Both the position numbers and the translations under genes were made by a program. The notes beneath the pieces were generated by a model, which saw only the letters and a program-made list of their open reading frames with translations, was not told the origin of the DNA and made no database searches. Positions 25,599 through 33,785 of a stretch of DNA of 46,812 nt are shown here, in pieces (the first letter of the stretch is position 1; each line of letters opens with the position of its first letter). The DNA is from a virus (Duplodnaviria > Caudoviricetes): the IMG/VR virus record IMGVR_UViG_3300029171_000014, positions 1-46,812 of that record, one strand, 5' to 3'.

Positions 25599-27302
25599 CT
25601 ACTCATCGTAGTCTCTAAGCACCCTACTAATTGCTTTATTCATAGCTTCACTAGCCACACTCTCCCCAACCTTACCATCAATTACGGCATCAAAGATTCC
25701 CTGCTTATGATCAAGGATATCTTTCATATCGTCATCAATTGTGTTCATCGCAGACAGTTGATAGATATTTACACTTTCAGCCACCTGACCAGGACGGTGT
25801 AATCTATCAATACTTTGCTGGAGGTCGGCTGGGTTCCATGGAAAATCTAAACCTATAAAACTTGAGGCAGCCGTCAATGTTATCCCAACCCCAGCACTCT
25901 TGTATCCACCTAGAAATACTTTTATATTGGGATTGCTTTGGAATAAGTTTACAATGTCTCCTCTTTCCTCCACTGGTGTCCTGCCAGTTATAACAACCGC
26001 CTTATCCCCAAAGTGAGCCTTAAGCCTTTCTAGTGGTTCTACAAAGGACGAAAAGACAAGTACTTTTTCTCCTGCATCAATAATGCTTTCCACAAGTTCA
26101 ATAGCAGTTGGGAGCTTACCAATAGCATTTAATTGACGCAAGATATTAAGTTGGGTCAATTTTTCAGCAGCCAAAGATTTAGCAATATCTGGAGACTGCT
26201 TTCCTGAATATTGCCTTAAATATCTAGCAAGATCATTCGCAGCAGAGTCATATTGACGAGCAATATCTTTATCTAACTCAACTGGGACACTTATAAAAGT
26301 CTTAGGTGGCAACTCCCTAAGTACTTGTGTCTTATCCCGACGAATAAAATAACGTTTGATGCGGGCATGAAGCTCTTCTATATTTGACGCACCAGACGTA
26401 TCAATCCCCCACCTCGTCTGCTTCATGGCACAAAACTTTCTGGCATATTCATACCAGTTATTCCATGTTTTAGGGTCTATAACATTAAGAAGTGAAAACA
26501 GTTCAGATGGCCTAGAAAGCAGAGGTGTACCTGACAAAAGTATAACTGACAGAATGTTGCGAGAGATAGAGCGGAAAGCCTTTGTTCTAAGTGCCTGAGT
26601 AGACTTTATAAGCTGGGCCTCATCCCCAACAATACAATCAAACCTAATTTTAGACAGTTGCTCATGATGGCGTTTCAAAATATCATAATTAATTACCCAT
26701 ATCTCAATATCCGAAGTAATTTCAGAAAGATCTGTTTTGCTATTAATAATTATAGACTTAAACCTAGTCCACTTTTTAACTTCATTTGCCCATGCAAACT
26801 TTACTGAGGCTGGACAGACAACAAGAGTTCGTTTAAACCCCATATGATTAATATATCCAAGAGCTTGTAAGGTCTTGCCGAGGCCAGGTGCATCTGCAAC
26901 AATAGCTCTACCACCTGATGCAAATAAAAACTCTACACCGACCTTTTGATATGGATATAATGCACCCTTTAGTCCTTTTATTTCAAAGCTTGTATCAGTC
27001 TTAGATCGTATTTCATCTATCTTTTGATTCTTTTTATTTTGCTCATTGACCCAACTTTGTTCATGTTTAACAATTTCCTCTACTTGAGGCTCTATCATTA
27101 CTTCTGGAAATCTTTCTGCAATAACTGGAATAAATAAGCTATCAGAAAAAATCCACCTCTTAAGCTCTCCCTGAACATCAAATGAAAATTTGTCCCATCC
27201 AAATGATTCTTTAAGATTACGACAAAAGGCAACCCTATCTGGAGTATAATCATAATAAAGAGAGAATCTATGGTATTTAGTTTTTTCAGCTACAATTCTC
27301 AT
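25599..27302 (-). CDS. SNF2-family (SMARCAL1/HARP-like) helicase
   Basis: ADAPGLGKT, VVCPAS, DEAQ, LSGTP, GVGITLT, WNP...Q.IDRLHRPGQ. Confidence 0.93.
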   Translation of the reverse strand: MRIVAEKTKYHRFSLYYDYTPDRVAFCRNLKESFGWDKFSFDVQGELKRWIFSDSLFIPVIAERFPEVMIEPQVEEIVKHEQSWVNEQNKKNQKIDEIRSKTDTSFEIKGLKGALYPYQKVGVEFLFASGGRAIVADAPGLGKTLQALGYINHMGFKRTLVVCPASVKFAWANEVKKWTRFKSIIINSKTDLSEITSDIEIWVINYDILKRHHEQLSKIRFDCIVGDEAQLIKSTQALRTKAFRSISRNILSVILLSGTPLLSRPSELFSLLNVIDPKTWNNWYEYARKFCAMKQTRWGIDTSGASNIEELHARIKRYFIRRDKTQVLRELPPKTFISVPVELDKDIARQYDSAANDLARYLRQYSGKQSPDIAKSLAAEKLTQLNILRQLNAIGKLPTAIELVESIIDAGEKVLVFSSFVEPLERLKAHFGDKAVVITGRTPVEERGDIVNLFQSNPNIKVFLGGYKSAGVGITLTAASSFIGLDFPWNPADLQQSIDRLHRPGQVAESVNIYQLSAMNTIDDDMKDILDHKQGIFDAVIDGKVGESVASEAMNKAISRVLRDYDE

Positions 27303-27308
27303 CTATTT

Positions 27309-27337
27309 AGTATATGCCCATGCTAGCGGTTTGTCAA
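27309..27337 (-). promoter_or_regulatory. promoter giving probable leaderless SNF2 mRNA
   Basis: TTGACA-N17-TATACT-N6-ATG. Confidence 0.75.
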
Positions 27338-27529
27338 GGGATCTATACCTAATGCCCTGTCAACCATCTCATCAATAGGATGTATTCCAGAACGCTCCAT
27401 ACAGCCAGTACACAGGAAGCTCATCATTAATTTGTCTTCCTCATAGAAAGCATCTGCAACACCATAATTCCAATTAAGCCAGTGAGCAAAATTGTGTCTT
27501 AATTTCTTAAGCATTTTAATTTCCATCAC
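27323..27529 (-). CDS. hypothetical protein
   Basis: packed ORF with CTGC. Confidence 0.55.
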   Translation of the reverse strand: MMEIKMLKKLRHNFAHWLNWNYGVADAFYEEDKLMMSFLCTGCMERSGIHPIDEMVDRALGIDPLTNR

Positions 27530-27983
27530 CTAGTAAGAATTTTGGTATAGTTTTATCCTCAAGGTTCTTTTCATACTGCGGTAACAACATCTCGCCCATC
27601 GTGGTACTTTTGCCTGTCTTGTCGGTGATTACTAAGTGTGACATAAACTCCTGCTCAAACTCAGTTAAGCCGTTACCAATCGCCACAAACTTAGCCTTGA
27701 GATGTGAAAGTAAAATGCGGTGGATAATGTTCAATTCCTTATTCCGCTTCTCGGGATTATCCTCTTTTATTGTTCGCAAAGGAATTATAATACGCACAGC
27801 CTTTGGAATTGAGCGTTCGTCTATCTGTGCCATAAACTCAAGCACAAAGCGATCAGGCATGCTTGTGAAGCGTATCTGGTCAATGCCTACTTGCTCTAAC
27901 ATAGTCATTATTTGGGCTTGTGATTTCCCCCAATAGACATCTGTACTTTTATATGCTTTTGTTATCCAATGTGCTGTTTTCAT
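27516..27983 (-). CDS. hypothetical phage protein
   Basis: Y.ST.V..KS...I..ML...G; LKAK...I..G...FEQEF. Confidence 0.7.
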   Translation of the reverse strand: MKTAHWITKAYKSTDVYWGKSQAQIMTMLEQVGIDQIRFTSMPDRFVLEFMAQIDERSIPKAVRIIIPLRTIKEDNPEKRNKELNIIHRILLSHLKAKFVAIGNGLTEFEQEFMSHLVITDKTGKSTTMGEMLLPQYEKNLEDKTIPKFLLGDGN

Positions 27984-27990
27984 ATTATAT

Positions 27991-28560
27991 TTATTTTAAT
28001 CCTTTCCATAAATTTTCAACATCTAGGTGAAAAAGATAAAGTTTCTTTAATTCTTCCTCAAACCACTTATCATCTCTCTCTACCTTCCCCAAATGCTTAA
28101 GATACAGACCATCTTTATCCTGAATCGGCTGATAGATACGACCAACAGGCCTGTCAAATATCGGTAGGTATAATCCAACTTGATGTCTGTGCCAAGGTTT
28201 TGCATCCTTCATTAGCTTGTCAGATGTCTTCCACTCCCATACTTCATCTGGCCTGTGGGGAGGGAGATAATCAACCTTAGCTACTAAAATAATATCTTTA
28301 TATATAAACTCTCTCTTAATTTCAGAGTTTTCTTTCCCTACCAAATCCTCTAGCTGATTATGAATTCCTATGCCTGACCACATCTTTAGAAGTTCTTCTG
28401 CTGTACGCTCGGGTGGGTTCATCCACTGTTCTGGAGTAAGTTTAGAACCACCAAAACCATGGTTTATGGCATATATCTCACTACTATTATATCTACCTCT
28501 TACACGAGATTTGCCTCCCATCTTCTGTCGTAATTTTTGAGTTAAATTAATATCGTCCAT
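27991..28560 (-). CDS. PD-(D/E)xK nuclease, Cas4/RecB-like (no Fe-S cysteines)
   Basis: GIGIH, VAKVD, EWKT, HQVGLY. Confidence 0.8.
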   Translation of the reverse strand: MDDINLTQKLRQKMGGKSRVRGRYNSSEIYAINHGFGGSKLTPEQWMNPPERTAEELLKMWSGIGIHNQLEDLVGKENSEIKREFIYKDIILVAKVDYLPPHRPDEVWEWKTSDKLMKDAKPWHRHQVGLYLPIFDRPVGRIYQPIQDKDGLYLKHLGKVERDDKWFEEELKKLYLFHLDVENLWKGLK

Positions 28561-28561
28561 A

Positions 28562-28765
28562 TTATTTCTTCTTTTTTGTTACAACCTTCTTCTTATTGTT
28601 CTTGACAACAGGTTTCTTAGCGTAACCTCCATAGCCACTTTCATAACTTTGAACCATCTTACCCAAGAGAATAAGCAACCTACCTTCCTTTGAGCTAGGA
28701 CTAGGATCTTTATTTATAAGTTCCTCAATAAGCTTGAGTGATATTTTGTATGTTACTTTATTCAT
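28562..28765 (-). CDS. HigA antitoxin N-terminal-like protein without HTH
   Basis: Y...L..IEEL...P...S.EG..L.LL..MV..YE. Confidence 0.6.
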   Translation of the reverse strand: MNKVTYKISLKLIEELINKDPSPSSKEGRLLILLGKMVQSYESGYGGYAKKPVVKNNKKKVVTKKKK

Positions 28766-28971
28766 TTTATTTTAAGCTTTTTAAGTGCCTCAGATTTAAT
28801 CTGTCTTATTCTTTCTCTTGTAACTTGATACATCTCACCTATTTCCGCCAAAGAGTGGCGGACATGAGGAGCAATGCCGTAATAACAAGTAATTACCTCT
28901 TTTTCTTTGTCTGTTAACAAGGCTTTAAATTCCCTGTATGCTTGTTCTACTTTTTCTGCTTCTATCTTCAT
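28762..28971 (-). CDS. stand-alone sigma70 region 4 domain protein
   Basis: LTDKEKEVI...YG....SLAEIG..YQVTRERIRQI...ALKKLK. Confidence 0.9.
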   Translation of the reverse strand: MKIEAEKVEQAYREFKALLTDKEKEVITCYYGIAPHVRHSLAEIGEMYQVTRERIRQIKSEALKKLKIK

Positions 28972-28994
28972 GTTCGTTATTTTTAATACATCTG

Positions 28995-29231
28995 TTAATT
29001 ACCCCAATCAGCTGAATAATAATGTAATGGGTACTTCGACTCTTGATACTTAACCTTTATGACAAAATCTCTGAATAGTTCTTCTGTCAGTGTCAGTTTC
29101 TCAGTTGATACAGATTTAATGTCTTTTTCCTTCTGCTTCTTCAAAGCTTGGTACACGCCCTGAATGTTAGAAAGTTTTGGTTTCTTCTCTGCATTTCTAA
29201 GCCCTTCTATTGTTGATTGTAAATTATTCAT
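28995..29231 (-). CDS. hypothetical protein
   Basis: start re-placed at MNNLQ after AT-rich leader. Confidence 0.55.
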   Translation of the reverse strand: MNNLQSTIEGLRNAEKKPKLSNIQGVYQALKKQKEKDIKSVSTEKLTLTEELFRDFVIKVKYQESKYPLHYYSADWGN

Positions 29232-29324
29232 TTTTATTTTAACTATAATTGGCTTTCTTAGCCTCATCATGGGCTTAAAGATTAAGCCCATGGGGTGGAT
29301 AGGAAGACCTTCACGGGTAGCATA

Positions 29325-29353
29325 AGTATATACTTATACTTTCTATTTGTCAA
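29325..29353 (-). promoter_or_regulatory. sigma70-type promoter
   Basis: cTTGACAaatagaaag; TTGACA-N17-TATACT. Confidence 0.8.
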
Positions 29354-29508
29354 GTATTTTTCATTCTATAAGACTTACACGAGCTAACATAGCAATAATT
29401 ACCATTCGGCCCGATTTCATCACCACACGCTCTACAATAATGTTTCCCATACATTGCGATTGGAGGATTATATCGGAACTTCTTCTTAAGCTTAAGTCTC
29501 CTTTTCAT
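29350..29508 (-). CDS. small zinc-ribbon protein, absent from ORF track
   Basis: manual translation MKRRLKLKKKFRYNPPIAMYGKHYCRACGDEIGPNGNYCYVSSCKSYRMKNT. Confidence 0.5.
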   Translation of the reverse strand: MKRRLKLKKKFRYNPPIAMYGKHYCRACGDEIGPNGNYCYVSSCKSYRMKNT

Positions 29509-30601
29509 CAAGTAGGTATTCGTTAGAGATAATCTTAAAACTAAACCTCTGCTCTGATCCCCTGATCATCTCTCGTTGCTCCTTCACTGGACGAATAACA
29601 ATACCCTCTCGTTTGGGACCCGCCCCCGTTTCAGGATTTGTGTTTAGATAAGTCACCCCCTCAGCCAGAGTAAGCAGATTGGGGACATTAGAGTAAAACT
29701 CATCAAGAATGAAGTGGGCATCAATTATTGGAACCATCTCTAGACCTAAATCATCACAGAACTGCTTCATTGAGTCATAATCAAGATATTCACCCTTCAC
29801 AAAGTCATAAACGTTGTAAACATAGAAATCCTGGCCTTTCAACTTTAATGGATTGCTTTGGATACCTTCACCAACCACCTCTCCTTGAACAGCAAAACCG
29901 TCTGGCAGATGCTCCTTAAGACTGTAACGATTGGCCAGCTTCCATAAGGTGTTACCTTCTGTTTCAACAAGATCAAGATTGCGGGAACAGACCCCCAAAA
30001 GACCGTCTTTCTTGTAAACAGTCATAGATGAACCATCTAGCTTCTCAGTAACATAAAACTCCTCACCCACATGGCGTTTAATAACCTCCTCCATGTTCTG
30101 GACTCGTTCTTCGTCAGTTTTAGGCAAGAAGCATGGGAAGTTGCCCTTAACTTGGCCTGAGAGTTGGGCGGGGATTGGGGCTTCATATTTGACGATGCCG
30201 AGAAGATCAGATACATCTGCCCCCACATCACTAAACTCAAAACTCAACTCAAAGCCAGATGGGTGGGGGAATAAACCCAAAGGCAACGCCAATCCTTGGC
30301 TAACCTGCCCCTTCAGCCGAATCGTTTTAAGTCGATACCCAGTGTATGTTTTACCTTCAACTGTCAACGTCTTAGGCTTTGAACCACGGGACATGAAAGC
30401 AAAAACTGGGCTATCTGCTGGCAAAAGACTGTCAATCTCAAAGTAAACGCATTTGTCTCCAACCTTAAACTCCCCCTTCTTAGCAACACACCACCATCCG
30501 TTTATCCTGACAGCCTCAATGGCATCTGCATTGGGGATAGCCTTTATCTCTGCTATTGATTGTATTGTAGCTAGTTGCCTCATATTTTTATCTTTCTCCA
30601 T
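29492..30601 (-). CDS. RNA ligase, DRB0094 family
   Basis: N-terminal RQLATI...NADAIE...VYFEIDS, PKTDEER.QN, motif I TEKLDGSS, QGE, REG.V, FKIISNEYL. Confidence 0.93.
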   Translation of the reverse strand: MEKDKNMRQLATIQSIAEIKAIPNADAIEAVRINGWWCVAKKGEFKVGDKCVYFEIDSLLPADSPVFAFMSRGSKPKTLTVEGKTYTGYRLKTIRLKGQVSQGLALPLGLFPHPSGFELSFEFSDVGADVSDLLGIVKYEAPIPAQLSGQVKGNFPCFLPKTDEERVQNMEEVIKRHVGEEFYVTEKLDGSSMTVYKKDGLLGVCSRNLDLVETEGNTLWKLANRYSLKEHLPDGFAVQGEVVGEGIQSNPLKLKGQDFYVYNVYDFVKGEYLDYDSMKQFCDDLGLEMVPIIDAHFILDEFYSNVPNLLTLAEGVTYLNTNPETGAGPKREGIVIRPVKEQREMIRGSEQRFSFKIISNEYLLDEKET

Positions 30602-31040
30602 TTAATAAACGCTCCCAGGCTTCTAGATTGCCCATAGCATCGTGAACCGGATTATGGTCATGCTCAGTGATCCTCAGTTGCTTCCACTTCTGAGTGTTAG
30701 AGAAGTCCCCCATAAGTCCTGCGTAGAAATCAGAAATTCTTCTGGCACTCCATCCAAATGGGTTATGGCCCAAGTGCAAATGAAAGTAATAGTTAATAAA
30801 CTGCCAATCATAGGCGGGATTATCACTCACAAACAAAGGACGCATACTGCCATCAGTATTCTCGTTGACCCACTTCTCAAAAGCTTCAAATGTCTCCTTA
30901 GTACCTCCTTTGCCGTGAAAGGTTACTCGGGACGGGTATGCCACAGCACCAAACTCAAACAGATTGACATCATTAAGTGTAGGTGCTGGGCCGTGGCCCT
31001 CGCAGTCTACGAATATTAAGTTTTTATATTTCTTTTCCAT
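30588..31040 (-). CDS. DEDDh 3'-5' exonuclease (RNase AS/DUF5051-like)
   Basis: FVDCE, N..YDWQF, HNPVHDA; start re-placed at MEKKYK. Confidence 0.8.
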   Translation of the reverse strand: MEKKYKNLIFVDCEGHGPAPTLNDVNLFEFGAVAYPSRVTFHGKGGTKETFEAFEKWVNENTDGSMRPLFVSDNPAYDWQFINYYFHLHLGHNPFGWSARRISDFYAGLMGDFSNTQKWKQLRITEHDHNPVHDAMGNLEAWERLLNGER

Positions 31041-31041
31041 T

Positions 31042-31347
31042 TTAAAATAAACTAGCCTGTTTCTCTCTTTCCTTTTCCTCTTTCGGTGTAGTAACCTCTC
31101 CTTTGGGTGTATTCTCCATGGGCACACTTCCGCCATACAAAACAAGAGGATTGTCTGGGAACTTAAAAACCTTCTTCATAATTTTGCCGTTTTCTTTCCA
31201 TTTAACAGGATCAACTATTGCCTTGCCCCTTGGAATAGTAATCTCAAGCATTGCCCCATCCTTTATTGCCTTGTCAACAATAGAAGCTCTTATGTAGCAA
31301 TAATTACCGTAAATAGGTTTCTTTATATTGACTTTAACTACTGCCAT
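31042..31347 (-). CDS. hypothetical protein
   Basis: start MAVVKV 7 nt after -10; ends QASLF (beta-clamp-motif-like). Confidence 0.6.
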   Translation of the reverse strand: MAVVKVNIKKPIYGNYCYIRASIVDKAIKDGAMLEITIPRGKAIVDPVKWKENGKIMKKVFKFPDNPLVLYGGSVPMENTPKGEVTTPKEEKEREKQASLF

Positions 31348-31354
31348 ATACACC

Positions 31355-31383
31355 ATCCTACTCCCCTCCTTTCCATTTGTCAA
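31355..31383 (-). promoter_or_regulatory. leftward promoter heading the minus-strand arm
   Basis: cTTGACAaatggaaagg; TTGACA-N17-TAGGAT. Confidence 0.7.
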
Positions 31384-31466
31384 GTATTTAAACTTCTTGA
31401 ATCTTCTTGACTAGTACTCATATATTATGATGGGTATTATTAAATTAGATTAAAACCAAATAAAAT

Positions 31467-31754
31467 ATGGATAATCAAAACGGTAACCGAAACTTTTCTA
31501 CTAGAGATTTATATTTAGCGTCCACTCTTGTAACCCTAAAATTTCCTTTATTAGGTACAGACCTACAGCTAGAGGGTATAAAGCCCAAAGGTATAGGTTA
31601 TTTTAATTTTGAAGATACACCTGAATTACGAAAGGCAAGAAATGAATATAACCAAGGGCTTTTATTGGTAGAGCCTAGAATATTCATCACTAATCTCCAG
31701 TCTTTGAAAGCAGAAGTTGTTAATATGCAACAGAATCCTAACGCTTTGCAGTAA
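31467..31754 (+). CDS. DUF5659-like protein
   Basis: FSTRDLYLASTL...F.F......Y..G.LLVEP..F...L..LK. Confidence 0.7.
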   Translation: MDNQNGNRNFSTRDLYLASTLVTLKFPLLGTDLQLEGIKPKGIGYFNFEDTPELRKARNEYNQGLLLVEPRIFITNLQSLKAEVVNMQQNPNALQ

Positions 31755-31781
31755 TTTTAGTCCTCTTTTTAATTAGAATAC

Positions 31782-31811
31782 TTGACTTTTAGAAAGGAGC
31801 TAATATATACT
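31782..31811 (+). promoter_or_regulatory. promoter of replication operon
   Basis: TTGACT-N18-TATACT. Confidence 0.65.
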
Positions 31812-31850
31812 CAAACAATAAATTTATATGAAGATAAAATATGCTCAAAA

Positions 31851-31964
31851 ACTACGACAAAATAATCTTTAGAACCTCTTGTTGGGGGTGGAGTGGAGGA
31901 CAGTCGCAAGGCTGCCTCCCCACATGTCGTAGTGTGGTGAGTGCTCTACTTCCAATAAGGGGTT
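31851..31964 (+). ncRNA. C4/CI-like structured leader RNA
   Basis: 22-bp outer stem 31873-31894/31943-31964, GCAA-tetraloop hairpin, second hairpin whose loop TGTCGTAGT complements ACTACGACA at 31851-31859. Confidence 0.7.
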
Positions 31965-31980
31965 TTATGTTTAAATAACT

Positions 31981-33075
31981 ATGAAGAAAGATAAATATAA
32001 ACAACCTCCAGACTATCTTATAATCCCCTACCGTCTCATTACTGATAAGGACTTAACTCCAATTGATCGTATTGTATATGGAACAGTTTATTGGTTTGCT
32101 GGTTTAAAACACGGTTGTATTGCTTCTAACGCATCTATTGCTGAAATAGCCAACACAAAACCTAACTCAGTATCTAGATCTTTAGCTAATCTAGAGGCCA
32201 AAAGATACGTAATAATTAGATTTGAGGATAAGGAGAAGAAGAAAAGAATTGAAATTATACCCCTAGTTATTTTCTCCAAAATACCGTCCAAAGGTTATTC
32301 AAGGTTGAATAACGTAAAATCGCTAGGGTTATTCACTGGTGATGAACCCCCTACTCAGCCTTGCATAACCCCCTACTCAGCCTTGCATAACGTTGACAAA
32401 ATACAAACTTTTCCAGAAAATAGCTCAATAGAGCCATCAAATGGCCAAAATGAGGTGGGGGGGGTTATTCACAGGCGCATAGAGAAACAGAAGGATAGCA
32501 TAATATCTAATCATAATATTTATATTGCCGCTTCGCAGCCAGAACAAAAACACAAAAATGGTAAATCCAGTACCATTCTAAAAACTGGTAAAACAAAACC
32601 AGATGGCAAATTTAATTCCACGACGCCCCCAGTTTCATATGAAACACCATCTGATTCATCGCCAACTGGTTCAGAGATCAACGATGCTATCGCCCTGTTC
32701 TTGGTAATCCTTCCTGGTGACTTCATCGGGGCTAAAACAGCATTTGCAAAACCAGCAACACGGGAAGCCGTTAAAGCCCTCTTGAAACGCTACACGCTTG
32801 GACAGCTTCGGGAGTTAATTAGAAAATACGACGAAGGCAAGGCTGACCAGTATCGTCCACAAGTTGGAACAGTCTACGAGTTTTGTACCATCAAGCTCGC
32901 CAAGGTGGAAGCTTACGTTGCAAAGTCAGGTGGTGGGGGGCTTTATGCCAACAAGCCGATATCAAGCCAAGAACACTCTCAGCGCATTGAGGACCTGATT
33001 CACAGTAAGGCTGAGCAATCACGAGAAAAGATGAGACTGGCAAAGGAGCAATGGGAAAAAGACAATGCTAAATAA
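31981..33075 (+). CDS. replication initiator (N-terminal HTH; lambda O-like organisation)
   Basis: IP..L..D..L....R.VYG...CIASNA.IAE......VSRSL..LE...Y; internal repeats; precedes DnaC-like gene. Confidence 0.8.
   Translation: MKKDKYKQPPDYLIIPYRLITDKDLTPIDRIVYGTVYWFAGLKHGCIASNASIAEIANTKPNSVSRSLANLEAKRYVIIRFEDKEKKKRIEIIPLVIFSKIPSKGYSRLNNVKSLGLFTGDEPPTQPCITPYSALHNVDKIQTFPENSSIEPSNGQNEVGGVIHRRIEKQKDSIISNHNIYIAASQPEQKHKNGKSSTILKTGKTKPDGKFNSTTPPVSYETPSDSSPTGSEINDAIALFLVILPGDFIGAKTAFAKPATREAVKALLKRYTLGQLRELIRKYDEGKADQYRPQVGTVYEFCTIKLAKVEAYVAKSGGGGLYANKPISSQEHSQRIEDLIHSKAEQSREKMRLAKEQWEKDNAK
32345..32391 (+). repeat. tandem 22-bp repeat (putative iterons/origin)
   Basis: AACCCCCTACTCAGCCTTGCAT x2 plus AAC. 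Confidence 0.8.
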
Positions 33076-33080
33076 TAATC

Positions 33081-33785
33081 ATGGCTTCAAAATATCAATT
33101 TGAGACGAGAGACGAAAGGATAGAGCGCATGCACAAGGATAATCCCGGCAGGCCCATTGAGCTTTGTACGGCTGTTGTAGACGGAATTTGGGACAAGAGA
33201 CGAGAGGAGATTCTTGAGAGGATACCTGAGAGATTTGCTAGTGCTTCTTTGGAGGATTTAGGTTATTTAATAAAACCGATTATTGACTCAACCGAAGCGA
33301 TGTTTTCTTATCCAGGCCCAGGGACCAAAACTCCAGTTGGGATTATATTCTCTGGTTCAGCTGGAAGTGGTAAGACGCACGCTGCGTATGCTGTTTTAAA
33401 AATGCTTATTAATAAAAATCCAGAAATGATTGGTTATTTATCTAGCTACCCGTACGTGATGCAACAACTGCGTCATGAGTTTGCTTCCAACACCTACGAC
33501 GAGATGGGTTCTGTTTGGGATAAACTTAACAACGACTCGGGGATGTACTCTGGGATTTTATTTCTGGACGATGTTTCAGCCTTAAAGCCTACGGATTTTG
33601 AGGTAGATAAACTCATGATGATCATTGAAAAAAGGGTAAATGAATACATGCCGTTCTTGCTTACAACGAATGTCCCACAAGAGAAATTTAAAGAAGTATT
33701 TGGAGAGAGGCTTACATCCAGATTGCTTGGATATTGTGAAGTTATTGAGTTTGAAGAACGGGATAAACGGATGGAGAATCTATGA
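33081..33785 (+). CDS. DnaC/IstB-like helicase loader ATPase
   Basis: IPERF..A, GSAGSGKTH, LFLDD, TTN, GERLTSRL. Confidence 0.9.
   Translation: MASKYQFETRDERIERMHKDNPGRPIELCTAVVDGIWDKRREEILERIPERFASASLEDLGYLIKPIIDSTEAMFSYPGPGTKTPVGIIFSGSAGSGKTHAAYAVLKMLINKNPEMIGYLSSYPYVMQQLRHEFASNTYDEMGSVWDKLNNDSGMYSGILFLDDVSALKPTDFEVDKLMMIIEKRVNEYMPFLLTTNVPQEKFKEVFGERLTSRLLGYCEVIEFEERDKRMENL

Noticed and set aside
29240-29300. Hammerhead ribozyme (TGATGAG...GAAA)
   Set aside because: Lacks the C of CUGAUGA, and GAAA falls inside the small loop rather than after stem II
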